A stretch of DNA of 64,000 bases from Coleofasciculus chthonoplastes F2-STO-03 (GTDB lineage: Bacteria; Cyanobacteriota; Cyanobacteriia; Cyanobacteriales; Coleofasciculaceae): contig JAVJWO010000211.1 of NCBI GenBank assembly GCA_040222015.1, forward strand, positions 29,011-93,010, in the 5' to 3' direction. Of this stretch, positions 9,450-20,012 are shown piece after piece. The position numbers and the translations under genes are program-made. Numbering within the stretch: the first letter of the stretch is position 1; every line of letters starts with the position of its first letter. Under the pieces are notes generated by a model. It had not been told where the DNA came from. It worked only from the letters and a program-made list of their open reading frames with translations, and searched no databases.

Positions 9450-10496
9450 TCAAGCTTCCCCATTTTCCACAGGAGTTGCCTTAGCGCCAAAAACCGCGAT
9501 CGCAACTCCTGCCAGGAGAACGGCTGCACCAACTAGCACAAAGCGTCCAGGGAGTTCCTGAAAAACTAGATATCCCAAAAAACTAGAGACAACCGGTTCC
9601 CATAAAATCGCTAGGGTAACCAGAGTTGGAGAAATCCAGCGCACTGCCCAGTTAAAGCTAGTATGCCCGATTAATTGAGGCAATACCGCCATAAGTAAAA
9701 TATAAAGGTAAACGGCACGAGGATAGCCAAGGTAGCCAACACCAAAGACTAACGGCAAGGGCAACAAAACCAGTGCGCCCGTGCTATAGGCGATGGCAAT
9801 ATAACTGCCAATTCCTAGACCACGCCGCTGTGCTTCTCGACCTAACAATAAATACAAACTGACTATCACAGCACCCATTAAGGCGAGACTATTGCCCAAG
9901 GCGGGATTATGGTTAACGTTAACCGTTTCTTGATCCCCTAATGCAATACATACACCTCCCATAAAGGCAATACCAATTCCCAGTAAGGTTAGCCGAGAGG
10001 GTTTTTCCTTGAACCATAGCCAAGATAGCAAAGCTACCCAAATTGGGTTGGTGGTGACTAGAGTCGTAGAAGCGGCGATTGAGGTGAAGGATAGAGACGT
10101 AATCCAGGCGGCAAAATGTAGGGCAAGACAAATCCCAGCCCCCACAGCATAATAGAAAGCACCGGGACTAAGCTGATTAGATCTTAGGTTGCGCCAAGCG
10201 GGTATTATTAATAAAGATGCCAGAGTTAGGCGAGAAGCCGAGAGAAACAGGCTAAATCCAACGCCACTCGACCCAGCTGCCGTATTAGCTAAGCGAATAA
10301 AAATGGCGGCACTGGAAACTGCCAAGACACCAGCGACTAAAACCAGTCCCACCTGCCACGGTAACGGTTGCTTGGGCGTTTTCACAATTTTATGCTCCCT
10401 ATTTAATCCCTGGAGTTGAGACCAAGAGTTACGTTTCAAATTTTCTTGTTTTATGAATTTTTTGTAAAGATAATTTTGCTTGAGGTGAAGATTCAA
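9450..10496 (-). CDS. DMT/EamA family transporter (true start probably near 10385)
   Basis: About 10 hydrophobic segments; LALHFAAWITSLSFTSIAAST and QLIGHTSFNWA motifs. Confidence 0.88.
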   Translation of the reverse strand: MNLHLKQNYLYKKFIKQENLKRNSWSQLQGLNREHKIVKTPKQPLPWQVGLVLVAGVLAVSSAAIFIRLANTAAGSSGVGFSLFLSASRLTLASLLIIPAWRNLRSNQLSPGAFYYAVGAGICLALHFAAWITSLSFTSIAASTTLVTTNPIWVALLSWLWFKEKPSRLTLLGIGIAFMGGVCIALGDQETVNVNHNPALGNSLALMGAVIVSLYLLLGREAQRRGLGIGSYIAIAYSTGALVLLPLPLVFGVGYLGYPRAVYLYILLMAVLPQLIGHTSFNWAVRWISPTLVTLAILWEPVVSSFLGYLVFQELPGRFVLVGAAVLLAGVAIAVFGAKATPVENGEA

Positions 10497-10620
10497 TGAA
10501 TTTGTGAACTATCCTCTCAGGACTAATCGGAGGTCAATCTTGACTGTGCCAGTTTATAGAGCGGACTAGAGCTTACAGACAACCCCCGATAAAATCCGGA
10601 AAATTAAACAGTAGAGTTAA

Positions 10621-10650
10621 AAATAAAAAACCCAACTCTTACAGTTGGGT
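10621..10650 (-). terminator. Rho-independent terminator-like hairpin
   Basis: Minus strand ACCCAACT-gtaag-AGTTGGGT followed by TTTTTATTT. Confidence 0.6.
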
Positions 10651-10963
10651 GTGGATCAAAGACTTACACAGTTTATCCTCCTATTGTGGCAGAAATAAGC
10701 TAGGATCTGCCAACCTTCATGGAATAATTTCCAGCAGCACCCGACTTTATGCAAGCAGCAACGGGTGTTTTTGATTTGTGGCAGGTTGCCCGTGAAGACA
10801 GCATTGGTGTTAACTTAAGCTCAAAAAGAAAGCGATCCCTTGATCTGACCCCTCCCTAACCCTCCCCTTGCTAAGGGAATTGAACTCGAACGGTCTCCGA
10901 CACAAACCTACCTAAACTTGTGTTATACCGTTGAATTAGTGAGAGTAATCTATCTGAACTCAA

Positions 10964-11578
10964 GTGACAAGTAACGTTTATCGCCATAAGCAAAAGCTCT
11001 TTGATCGGTGGGCACCGAATTACGACCTGCTGTTTACCACAATCTTCTACCAAGCGGTTCACAAACGGTTGTTGGAGTATGTAGAACTACCGGAAAATCC
11101 GAATGTGCTTGATCTCGGTTGCGGTACGGGTCGTTTATTGCATCGCCTTGCCACCCAATTCCCCACTCTCCAGGGTACAGGACTTGATTTATCCTCCCAA
11201 ATGCTGCGTCAAGCCCGACAGCGCAACCAGCACCGACCGCGACTTATTTTCAAACAGGGAAATGCTGAGTCTTTACCCTTTGCTGAGGGGCAATTTGATG
11301 CGGTGTTTAATACAATTAGTTTTCTGCATTATCCCCAACCTCAACAGGTATTCTCTGAAGTGAATCGAGTTCTGCGACAGGGGGGACGTTTTTACCTGGT
11401 TGACTACATCGGTCGAAAAAAAACAGTGACTCTTTCTATTCCCTTATTTTCTAATAACCTTCGCTTCTATAGTCGAGAGCAACGCGAACAATTTGGTACA
11501 GTAGCCGGGATGGAATGCTTGGGACACCATTTTCTTTTAGGACCCGTGATGCTAACGATTTATGAACGTATTGGTTGA
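10964..11578 (+). CDS. Class I SAM-dependent methyltransferase
   Basis: VLDLGCGTG, GLDLSSQML, GNAESLPF...FDAV, RVLRQGG. Confidence 0.92.
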   Translation: MTSNVYRHKQKLFDRWAPNYDLLFTTIFYQAVHKRLLEYVELPENPNVLDLGCGTGRLLHRLATQFPTLQGTGLDLSSQMLRQARQRNQHRPRLIFKQGNAESLPFAEGQFDAVFNTISFLHYPQPQQVFSEVNRVLRQGGRFYLVDYIGRKKTVTLSIPLFSNNLRFYSREQREQFGTVAGMECLGHHFLLGPVMLTIYERIG

Positions 11579-11589
11579 GGAGGGTGAAT

Positions 11590-11689
11590 ATGGAACGTCG
11601 TCGCACTTTCTCTGGGGTGAGTTGGGAAGGGAAAACGGGGTATTGTCGCGCTATCCGGGGTAGAGGTAGACGCGGTTTGTCCAGCTTGA
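11590..11689 (+). pseudogene. RidA (YjgF) family gene with large internal deletion
   Basis: MERRRTFSGVSWEGKTGYCRAIR (RidA N-terminus) joined out of frame to VEVDAVCPA* (RidA C-terminus). Confidence 0.65.
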
Positions 11690-11838
11690 AATTGCACACT
11701 ATCACAATTCGCGATCGCGTCATTGTCATTTGTCAGGGTTAAATGAAACTCAGGTCTCTGATTTGTTGCACAAGTCAGGGATTCCGCACAGGATATGAGA
11801 AAATTCAACAAGCAGTCGGATTGTCCGAGCGTAAATTT

Positions 11839-12540
11839 ATGTCCCACGAGTCCTCAGAACAACTCAGTCTCTTTGACCAGTCAGGGCTGACATCTTCTAC
11901 CCCCAGTGACTTCCAACCGTCGTTAATTCCTACGGATGCCAAAATTCCGATTCCTCCTAGCACTTACGACTCCATGGAGTCTTTGGCAGCTCATTGTAAC
12001 GTTTGTCAGCGCTGTGAATTAGGAGCCACTCGCACCCATGCTGTAGTGGGGCGGGGCGATGTTCATGCTCCGATTATGCTCATTGGGGAAGCCCCTGGTC
12101 AAAATGAAGACGAACAAGGTTTACCGTTTGTCGGGAGAGCCGGACAATTGCTGGAAAAGATTCTCGCCGCCGTCAAACTCGATAGTGAACGGGATGTCTA
12201 TATCTGTAATATGAATAAATGCCGCCCTCCCGGTAATCGAGTACCGACTCCTGATGAAGTTGCAGCTTGTAAACCGTATTTATTAGAACAAATTCGCTTA
12301 GTCAATCCTAAGATTATCCTGCTAACAGGTGCAACGGCTGTCAAAGGGTTAACCGGTGAAAAGCGTGGCATTACTAAAATTCGTGGCACTTGGATGGAAT
12401 GGGAAGGACGACTGTGTATGCCAATCTTCCATCCCGCCTACCTATTGCGGAATCCGTCACGGGAGCAGGGTAAGCCAAAGTGGTTTATGTGGCAAGACAT
12501 CCAGGCAGTGCGTGCCAAATTAGATGAACTTCAATCCTAG
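11839..12540 (+). CDS. udg: Uracil-DNA glycosylase family 4 (Fe-S)
   Basis: CxxC, IGEAPG, GLPFVGRAG, KCRPPGNR, IFHPAYLLRN. Confidence 0.93.
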   Translation: MSHESSEQLSLFDQSGLTSSTPSDFQPSLIPTDAKIPIPPSTYDSMESLAAHCNVCQRCELGATRTHAVVGRGDVHAPIMLIGEAPGQNEDEQGLPFVGRAGQLLEKILAAVKLDSERDVYICNMNKCRPPGNRVPTPDEVAACKPYLLEQIRLVNPKIILLTGATAVKGLTGEKRGITKIRGTWMEWEGRLCMPIFHPAYLLRNPSREQGKPKWFMWQDIQAVRAKLDELQS

Positions 12541-12593
12541 AATGTCGTTTGGGTAACCCCAGTAAACAGTCAATGATTCTCGCCTAGAATTTC

Positions 12594-13016
12594 ATGGACT
12601 TTAGAAACAAGCAAAATAACTCACCAATCCCTGAAGTTAATCTGATTCCTTTAATGGATGTGATGATGTCAGTGCTAACATTTTTTATTATCACATCAAT
12701 GAGCTATACAGGTCAGCGATTAGGGGATATTAATCTACCTGGTTTACCGGGTACTGGAACCCCTAGTGGTGAGTCAAATACTAGAAATACTCTGGTTATT
12801 GGCTTAAATCGCCAAGGCGAGATTTTAGTGGATAATCAAGTGATTACTATTAACCAGATGTCTGAAACAATCCAGTCATACCTAGAACAAAATCAAAATG
12901 CTACAGTTGTTTTCAAGGCAGACCGAGACTTACCTTATGAAGATGTGCAAAAACTGTTAAAAGAAATGACGATAATTGGTGGCGATCGCGTCTCTCTTGC
13001 TATTGAACGTCGTTAA
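12594..13016 (+). CDS. exbD: ExbD/TolR family protein
   Basis: EVNLIPLMDVMMSVLTFFII and KADRDLPYEDV. Confidence 0.88.
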   Translation: MDFRNKQNNSPIPEVNLIPLMDVMMSVLTFFIITSMSYTGQRLGDINLPGLPGTGTPSGESNTRNTLVIGLNRQGEILVDNQVITINQMSETIQSYLEQNQNATVVFKADRDLPYEDVQKLLKEMTIIGGDRVSLAIERR

Positions 13017-13060
13017 AATAATTTACCGATGAACAACCTGTAGGGGCGACCCGCCTACCA

Positions 13061-13205
13061 TTGGTGTCAACTTAAGCTCAACCCCTCTCCCATGCCAGCC
13101 CTCACCCCCAGCCCCTCTCCCAACCCCCCTCGTTCCCCCCTACAAGAGGGGGGAGGACTAAGGATGTTTCACTTTTGTTGCACGGGAGAGGGGAGCAAGA
13201 GGGGA
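13061..13205. repeat. Cyanobacterial dispersed C/G-rich palindromic repeat
   Basis: CCCCCCTCGTTCCCCCCTACAAGAGGGGGGAGGACTAAGGATG recurs at ~63895-63960. TTGGTGT(C/T)AACTTAAGCTCAA recurs at ~10804. Confidence 0.7.
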
Positions 13206-13223
13206 GATTTAAATCGTTAAACA

Positions 13224-13643
13224 ATGCGTTTTAGAACCCAGCGAACCCAATCATCAATACCGTCCATTCAGTTAATCCCTATGCTCAATGTAATCATGGG
13301 AGTTCTAGCATTTTTTGTAATGACTTCCATGCTGTTAACCACTCAAGAAGGCGTCAATGTTCAACTTCCTAACACTGAAAATAGTCAAACTCAGCCGCCG
13401 GAAAAGCCCGCTCCTTTAATTGTACAATTGAAGTCACAAGGACAACTGGTCATCGGTAATCAGTCGGTCAGCCAAGAGCAATTGTTTGAGCAAATACAAA
13501 CCTATTTATCCCAAAATCCTCAAGGGGCTGTCTTCTTGCAAGCCGACAGTCAATTGCCCTACGAGCAAGTGATTCAGGTATTGGCAGAAATGCGGGATGT
13601 GGGAGGCGATCGCGTTTCTTTAGCTATTGATAGTGGCGCCTAA
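13224..13643 (+). CDS. exbD: ExbD/TolR family protein (second paralogue)
   Basis: IQLIPMLNVIMGVLAFFVM and QADSQLPYEQV. Confidence 0.85.
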   Translation: MRFRTQRTQSSIPSIQLIPMLNVIMGVLAFFVMTSMLLTTQEGVNVQLPNTENSQTQPPEKPAPLIVQLKSQGQLVIGNQSVSQEQLFEQIQTYLSQNPQGAVFLQADSQLPYEQVIQVLAEMRDVGGDRVSLAIDSGA

Positions 13644-13669
13644 TAACAACTCCTTAAACCAAAAATTAT

Positions 13670-14806
13670 CTAAAACTCTAAGTTAATAATTGCTAGTCCT
13701 GACTGTGTTGGGATAAGTTGGATAAAACCCTTAAAATCATTCTTTTCAACACTGTAGTATAGTCCATCATCAGTCAAAGGAATAACCGTAAACTCTTTCT
13801 CTTTAAGTTGACTGACAAACTGAGAACTTAACTGTTCCCTATCTCTTTCGTAAACAGTTCCCAAATAATTGTATTTTCCATCAACCCCCTCAGCTAATAC
13901 TTGTTTGATTTCTGTATTCAGCTCTTTTGTATACTCACCAGCTACCATAATCTGTTCCAGAATATTTTGCAATTCTCGTTCTTCTGCTTTTTCCGCTGCT
14001 AAATCAGGTAAGTCTGCCCGATCAAGTTGTGTTTTTGAGAGGAAAATTATCGTAGTTTCCCCCTTGAAAACCAAGTGCATATATTGAGATACATCATCTT
14101 GAGAAACTTGATAAACCTTGAATTCAGATTCATCTATACTCGGATTAGCTAGAGTATAATTGCGATCGGGTAGTTCCTTGCTATAGTATTTAATAACCTG
14201 ACCTAAGGGTTGCTGGACATGACGAGCTGATGTATCTGCCTCTCCAGTAAGTATCCCTAAGGAACCTATCGCCGCCTCTTCAGGAAAAGGAAAATTTGTG
14301 AGGAATTTTTCCAGCGGATCTTCCACATTGACATCATTGGTATCAATTCCAGAATCTAGGGTTTGATCAGTATTTTTTTCTTCAATCGTCTGAGTTTCAT
14401 CCTTAGAACTAGATGGTGATGGAGAGGGTGACGATTTAGGATTTCCCCAAATTCCTGGAGAAAATTCAATCGTAGGACTGAGATCAGGAGTCGGTTGGAT
14501 CGGGTCAGGAAATGGGTTAATCCTAGGTTGACTAGAAAAGGCTGAGACGAAAGGAGTCGATTGACTTGGCGTTGGACTCGTTTGGGCTGTGGGTGCCTCA
14601 GCGGAATTTACTGAAGACTTAGGTGATGGGGAAAGTGAAGGTAACTGTGTCACTTTCACTTGTTCTTCAGGTTCCGACTTTTCCCAGGTAGAAGGTACGG
14701 GTAAAATTAGCACAATACCATGCAACACCAAAGAAACCAGCAGCATAGGTCGCCATACCTTATGTACAGGAGTCGGTAAGTTTTTCAGCAACTCAGGCGA
14801 TTTCAT
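13670..14806 (-). CDS. Hypothetical membrane-anchored protein with Pro/Ser-rich linker (TonB-like N-terminus)
   Basis: Anchor LLVSLVLHGIVLILP with SxxxH motif, followed by a long Pro/Ser-rich stretch. Confidence 0.7.
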   Translation of the reverse strand: MKSPELLKNLPTPVHKVWRPMLLVSLVLHGIVLILPVPSTWEKSEPEEQVKVTQLPSLSPSPKSSVNSAEAPTAQTSPTPSQSTPFVSAFSSQPRINPFPDPIQPTPDLSPTIEFSPGIWGNPKSSPSPSPSSSKDETQTIEEKNTDQTLDSGIDTNDVNVEDPLEKFLTNFPFPEEAAIGSLGILTGEADTSARHVQQPLGQVIKYYSKELPDRNYTLANPSIDESEFKVYQVSQDDVSQYMHLVFKGETTIIFLSKTQLDRADLPDLAAEKAEERELQNILEQIMVAGEYTKELNTEIKQVLAEGVDGKYNYLGTVYERDREQLSSQFVSQLKEKEFTVIPLTDDGLYYSVEKNDFKGFIQLIPTQSGLAIINLEF

Positions 14807-14850
14807 GGAAGCACAGTTAAAGGCAGCAAGGATTTAATCCCAATTGAGTT

Positions 14851-15570
14851 TCATTTTGACATATTGGAACTCGGCGGATTTTCAGCCGGCTTAATCCATT
14901 TGTCGTACAAATCAGGGCGACGTTCCCGGGTTCTCTGAATCTGTTGGTCTTTGCGCCACTGGTCAATCGCCTGATGATTGCCCGATAATAAAACATCTGG
15001 GACGTGCCAACCGCGAAATTCAGCAGGGCGTGTCCACTGCGGATAGTCTAATAATCCAGCTTCAAAACTCTCTGATTTAAGGGATTCCACCTTCCCCACT
15101 GTTCCAGGGCGTAATCTCACCACCCCATTAATCAAGGCGAGTGCGGGAATTTCACCGCAGGTTAAGACAAAATCCCCTAACGATACCTCTCGCGTCACTA
15201 AATGTAAGACTCGTTCATCGACACCTTCATAATGTCCACAGATAATCACAATTTGGTCATAACCCGTCGCCAACTCCACCAACAATGGCTGGTTCAGCGG
15301 TTGTCCCTGGGGCGTCATCAGAATCACCTCTCGCCGAGGTAATCTAGGTAACGACTCCACCGCCGCAAAAATTGGTTCTGGTTTCATTAGCATTCCCACC
15401 CCACCCCCATAAGGTTCATCGTCAACCCGTCGGTGTTTATCGGTGGCAAAATCACGAGGATTGATTAGGTGTACTTGGGCGATTTGTTTGGTCAGTGCCT
15501 TACCCAGCAGTCCTGACGCTAGGGGAGAGGTAAAGAAATCCGGAAACAGGGTGACAACATCAAAACGCAC
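14851..15570 (-). CDS. trmD: tRNA (guanine-N1)-methyltransferase
   Basis: RFDVVTLFP, VDDEPYGGGVGM, CGHYEGVDER, SLGDFVLTCGE, LLSGNH. Confidence 0.97.
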   Translation of the reverse strand: MRFDVVTLFPDFFTSPLASGLLGKALTKQIAQVHLINPRDFATDKHRRVDDEPYGGGVGMLMKPEPIFAAVESLPRLPRREVILMTPQGQPLNQPLLVELATGYDQIVIICGHYEGVDERVLHLVTREVSLGDFVLTCGEIPALALINGVVRLRPGTVGKVESLKSESFEAGLLDYPQWTRPAEFRGWHVPDVLLSGNHQAIDQWRKDQQIQRTRERRPDLYDKWIKPAENPPSSNMSK

Positions 15571-15909
15571 AAGAATTGGGTCGCTCTCAATACAAAAAGG
15601 GTCAATCTTATATCATAGTATAAGTAATTATTGGTATAATTTGCCGTGATGACTGGGAAACGCCCGACTTTCTCGGAACGGCTGAGTGTCGTGAGTGAGT
15701 GTTCTGGTGCGGCTAAACAATTAACGATTTTCATCGATTCACCGTATTTAGGCGGCTGTAGAGTGCATCTGATCAAAGCCAAGCGCAATGGTGTTTAGTT
15801 GTGGAGAAGCTTGCCCAGGACAGCCTAAACCAGTAGTTGAGCTAGAGTCAAAATCGTAATAAAGTGACAGTTCTAGCCAAGCGCGATACTCAAGTATTGA
15901 ACTCACCTT

Positions 15910-16785
15910 ATGCCCGAACTCGACATCGACAGTATGCTGCAGTTAGACTCTCAATTCCAAGCGACGACAATGCCTCAATCGACAAAAACCGCAATCATTG
16001 TTATTGGTGGTGCGGAAGATAAAGTTCATGGACGGGAGATCCTGCAAACCTTTTTTCGTCGGTCGGGTGCAGGTGAGGCGCGAATTGCGATTATTCCATC
16101 GGCGTCGCGAGAACCCGCGATTATTGGCGATCGCTATCAGCGGATTTTTGAGGATATGGGGGCAAAGGAAATTAAAGTCCTGGATGTCCGCGATCGCGCT
16201 CAAGGCTCTGATTCTGAGTTACAAGAGTATGTGGAAACCTGTACGGGTGTCTTTATGACCGGTGGGGATCAACTGCGCTTGTGCGGGTTGCTCTCGGATA
16301 CCCCGTTAATGGAAAAAGTCCGCCAACGGGCACATTTAGGGGAGATTACCTTAGCCGGAACCAGTGCAGGTGCGGCGGTGATGGGTCATCACATGATCGC
16401 AGGCGGCGGGAGTGGTGAGTCCCCGAATCGCTCCTTAGTCGATATGGCAACAGGGTTGGGGATTATTCCTGAAGTTATTGTCGATCAGCATTTTCTGAAT
16501 CGAAATCGCATCGCCCGCTTGATGAGTGCGATCGCCATGCACCCAGATCGCTTGGGGATCGGCATCGATGAAGATACTTGTATCATCTTTGAGCGAGATG
16601 GTTGGTTACAGGTTATGGGCAAAGGTACGGTGACGATTATTGATCCCGGAGAACTGTCTCACACCAATCAAGTGGATATTGGCAGCACCGATCCCATTGG
16701 TCTACATAACCTCCGAGTCCATATTTTGTGTCATGGCGATCGCTATCATGTCTATAAACGAGCATTAATGCCAGTCAACGCCTAA
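15910..16785 (+). CDS. cphB: Cyanophycinase
   Basis: IIVIGGAEDK, FMTGGDQ, AGTSAGA, IVDQHF, GIGIDEDT. Confidence 0.96.
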   Translation: MPELDIDSMLQLDSQFQATTMPQSTKTAIIVIGGAEDKVHGREILQTFFRRSGAGEARIAIIPSASREPAIIGDRYQRIFEDMGAKEIKVLDVRDRAQGSDSELQEYVETCTGVFMTGGDQLRLCGLLSDTPLMEKVRQRAHLGEITLAGTSAGAAVMGHHMIAGGGSGESPNRSLVDMATGLGIIPEVIVDQHFLNRNRIARLMSAIAMHPDRLGIGIDEDTCIIFERDGWLQVMGKGTVTIIDPGELSHTNQVDIGSTDPIGLHNLRVHILCHGDRYHVYKRALMPVNA

Positions 16786-16849
16786 TGCAGAACAGCATTT
16801 TTGAGCGGGGGGATCTGGGGGAGATTTTAGCGGCTAAACTCAAAACCAG

Positions 16850-17118
16850 GTTCCCTTGAGCAAGCGCGTTGGGTTAAAACTCAAAAATCCTTCCAGAAAA
16901 ATGTTCATAATGAACAGTTTGATAGCTTTGAACAGTCGGAAACTAGATAAGATGTCCCATCCACTCAAAACGAGTGAATCCAATCAGGGCAAGAGTAGAC
17001 GACTCCCCCGATTACGTGGAGGACTTTTGAGAACGGGCAAAAATGTTGAGACAAAGTAAGTCGCGATACTTGAGAAGTCTACGCTCTAATCTGGAGATCC
17101 AGGGTAGGAGGATGTCAC
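16850..17118 (+). mobile_element. IS200/IS605-type right-end remnant between cphB and cphA
   Basis: Ends GGAGGATGTCAC, like the element ending at 561; subterminal hairpin; left boundary uncertain. Confidence 0.55.
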
Positions 17119-17215
17119 GTAATGTTACAGAAATTCCTAAAATAGATTTTGCACAATCGCTAGTTTGTGCTTAAAAAGCCGACATTGTGAACCATCCCCG
17201 ATTTCATCACTAACT

Positions 17216-19897
17216 ATGAGAATTCTAAAAATCCAGACGTTACGCGGTCCCAACTACTGGAGCATTCGACGCCATAAACTTATTGTCATGCGTCTTGATT
17301 TGGAGGAACTCATCGATAAACCCTCCAATGTACTTCCGGGATTCTACGAGGGACTGGTAGAGACGCTACCCAGTCTAGAGGATCATTTCTGTTCTCCGGG
17401 TGTTCGGGGTGGGTTCTTAAGTCGGGTCAAAGAAGGCACGATGATGGGGCATATTATCGAACATGTGGCGCTGGAACTTCAGGAACTGGCAGGAATGCGC
17501 GTTGGGTTTGGTCGGACTCGGGAAACTGGGACAGCCGGAATTTATCAAGTTGTTTTCGAGTACATTGACGAGCAGGCGGGTCGCTATGCGGCTAGGGCGG
17601 CTGTGCGCTTGTGCCAAAGTATTATCGATACCAGAGCCTATCCCCAACGGGAGTTAGCTCAAGACTTAAAAGACCTGAGCGAACTGGCTCGCGATGCGGC
17701 GTTAGGACCGAGTACAGAAGCCTTGGTCAAAGAAGCCGACGCCCGAGGCATTCCCTGGCTTACCCTAAGTGCCAGAGCCATGATTCAGCTTGGCTACGGG
17801 TTGCATCAGAAGCGAATTCAAGCCACCTTGAGTGATTACTCCGGAATTTTAGGGGTGGAATTAGCCTGTGATAAAGAAGGGACGAAGCAGATTTTGTTTG
17901 ATGCGGGGGTTCCGGTTCCCCGAGGCACAACGGTGCTTTATCTGGACGAATTAGACAGCGCGATCGAGTATGTGGGGGGGTATCCGATTGTGATTAAACC
18001 CCTGGATGGTAATCATGGGCGGGGGATTACGATTGATATTCGCAACTGGGACGAAACGGAACAAGCCTATGATCGTGCTAAAGATATCTCCCGTGCGGTG
18101 ATTGTGGAGCGCTATTATCCCGGTTTTGACCACCGTGTTTTGGTGATTAACGGGAAAGTTGAAGCCGTCGCCCAGCGGATTCCAGCACGGGTAATTGGCG
18201 ATGGTAAGTCCACGGTTGAAGAACTGATTGAACGGACGAACCGCGATCCCAATCGGGGCGACGGTCATGATAACGTCCTGACGAAAATTGTCGTTGATCA
18301 TACGAGTTTGAGTGTCTTAGAACGTCAGGGTTACAGTTTGGATACCGTCCTCCGAAAAGATGAGGTTTGTTATTTACGGGCAACAGCTAATCTGAGTACG
18401 GGGGGTATTGCCATAGACCGCACGGACGATATCCACCCGGAAAATGTTTGGTTAGCGGAGCGCGTGGCTAAAATTATTGGTCTAGATATTGCCGGCATTG
18501 ATATTGTCACCCCCGATATTAGCCAACCCCTACGGGACATTGACGGCGTGGTGGTGGAAGTAAATGCGGCACCTGGTTTCCGGATGCATGTCAGTCCCTC
18601 GGAAGGCTTACCGCGCAATGTCGCCGCCCCGGTGATGGATATGCTGTTTCCACCGGGACAAGCCAGTCGGATTCCGATTCTGGCGGTGACAGGGACGAAT
18701 GGGAAAACCACCACCACTCGCTTGCTTGCCCATATCTATAAGCAAACGGGTCATGGGGTTGGCTATACCACCACGGATGGGATCTACATTGGCGATCATC
18801 TGGTGGAACAAGGAGACACCACTGGACCCCAAAGCGCTCAAGTGATTCTCAAAGATCCCACGGTTGAGGTGGCGGTATTGGAAACAGCCCGAGGTGGGAT
18901 TCTGCGATCGGGGTTAGCCTTTGATGCCTGTGATGTGGGTGTTGTTTTAAATGTCTCGGCGGATCACTTGGGCATTGGCGATATTGATACCCTTGACCAG
19001 ATGGCGCATCTTAAGAGTGTAGTGGCTGAATCGGTGAGTCCTGCTGGGTATGCCGTTCTTAATGCTGAAGATCCCCTAGTGACAGAAATGGCACAGCGCG
19101 TCAAAGGGCATGTGGCATTTTTCTCCATGAATCCCGACAATGAGGTGGTGAAAGCTCATACCCGCCAGGGAGGTTTAGCAGGGGTGTATGAAAATGGCTA
19201 CCTATCATTAATCCGAGGCGAATGGACGCTGCGGATTGAGAAGGCGGAAAATATGCCTGTAACGATGAGAGGAATGGCACCGTTCCAAATTGCTAATGCC
19301 TTAGCCGCTAGCCTCGCCGCCTTTGCTCAAGGGGTTCCGATTGAGGCAATTCGTGACGCTTTGACCACATTCCGGGCGTCTGTGGCGCAGACACCGGGAC
19401 GGATGAATTTATTTAATCTGGGTGAGTATCATGCTTTGGTGGATTATGCCCATAATGCCGCCAGTTATGAAGCCGTGGGCGGTTTTGTCCGCAATTGGTC
19501 CGGGGAACGGGTTGGCGTTGTCGGTGGACCTGGCGATCGCCGAGATGAGGATTTTATTAACTTGGGACGACTCTCGGCGGACATTTTTGACCGGATCATT
19601 ATTAAAGAAGATGCGGATTTACGGGGACGTCCCAGTGGTGACGCGGCGGAGTTGATTCGCAAGGGAATTCTGGAGACGAATCCGGATCGGGAGTATGAAA
19701 TTATTCTCAATGAAACTGAGGCGATTAATACGGCGTTAGACCGAGTGGTGTCTGGTGGTTTGGTGGTGATTTTCCCGGAAAAGGTGAGTGGGACGATTCG
19801 TTTGATTGAGGAACGGCGTCCTCTGCCAGAGAATGGGTATCAACCCGTGGGTGAGTCTCAAGTGGATTTAAAGCCATCGGTGGCGAACCCTGGGTGA
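17216..19897 (+). CDS. cphA: Cyanophycin synthetase
   Basis: MRILKIQTLRGPNYWSIRR, ATP-grasp KPLDGNHGRG, Mur-ligase AVTGTNGKTTT, DYAHN. Confidence 0.97.
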   Translation: MRILKIQTLRGPNYWSIRRHKLIVMRLDLEELIDKPSNVLPGFYEGLVETLPSLEDHFCSPGVRGGFLSRVKEGTMMGHIIEHVALELQELAGMRVGFGRTRETGTAGIYQVVFEYIDEQAGRYAARAAVRLCQSIIDTRAYPQRELAQDLKDLSELARDAALGPSTEALVKEADARGIPWLTLSARAMIQLGYGLHQKRIQATLSDYSGILGVELACDKEGTKQILFDAGVPVPRGTTVLYLDELDSAIEYVGGYPIVIKPLDGNHGRGITIDIRNWDETEQAYDRAKDISRAVIVERYYPGFDHRVLVINGKVEAVAQRIPARVIGDGKSTVEELIERTNRDPNRGDGHDNVLTKIVVDHTSLSVLERQGYSLDTVLRKDEVCYLRATANLSTGGIAIDRTDDIHPENVWLAERVAKIIGLDIAGIDIVTPDISQPLRDIDGVVVEVNAAPGFRMHVSPSEGLPRNVAAPVMDMLFPPGQASRIPILAVTGTNGKTTTTRLLAHIYKQTGHGVGYTTTDGIYIGDHLVEQGDTTGPQSAQVILKDPTVEVAVLETARGGILRSGLAFDACDVGVVLNVSADHLGIGDIDTLDQMAHLKSVVAESVSPAGYAVLNAEDPLVTEMAQRVKGHVAFFSMNPDNEVVKAHTRQGGLAGVYENGYLSLIRGEWTLRIEKAENMPVTMRGMAPFQIANALAASLAAFAQGVPIEAIRDALTTFRASVAQTPGRMNLFNLGEYHALVDYAHNAASYEAVGGFVRNWSGERVGVVGGPGDRRDEDFINLGRLSADIFDRIIIKEDADLRGRPSGDAAELIRKGILETNPDREYEIILNETEAINTALDRVVSGGLVVIFPEKVSGTIRLIEERRPLPENGYQPVGESQVDLKPSVANPG

Positions 19898-20012
19898 TGG
19901 CCCTTTAAGTCGGTTGGGCAAGGTAGAAGCAGATGCGATCGCGGATTCCCCTTGCCCAACTTTTGCGATCGCCTCAGCACAGGAATGAACGGCTGAAATT
20001 TTTTCTCTCGTG

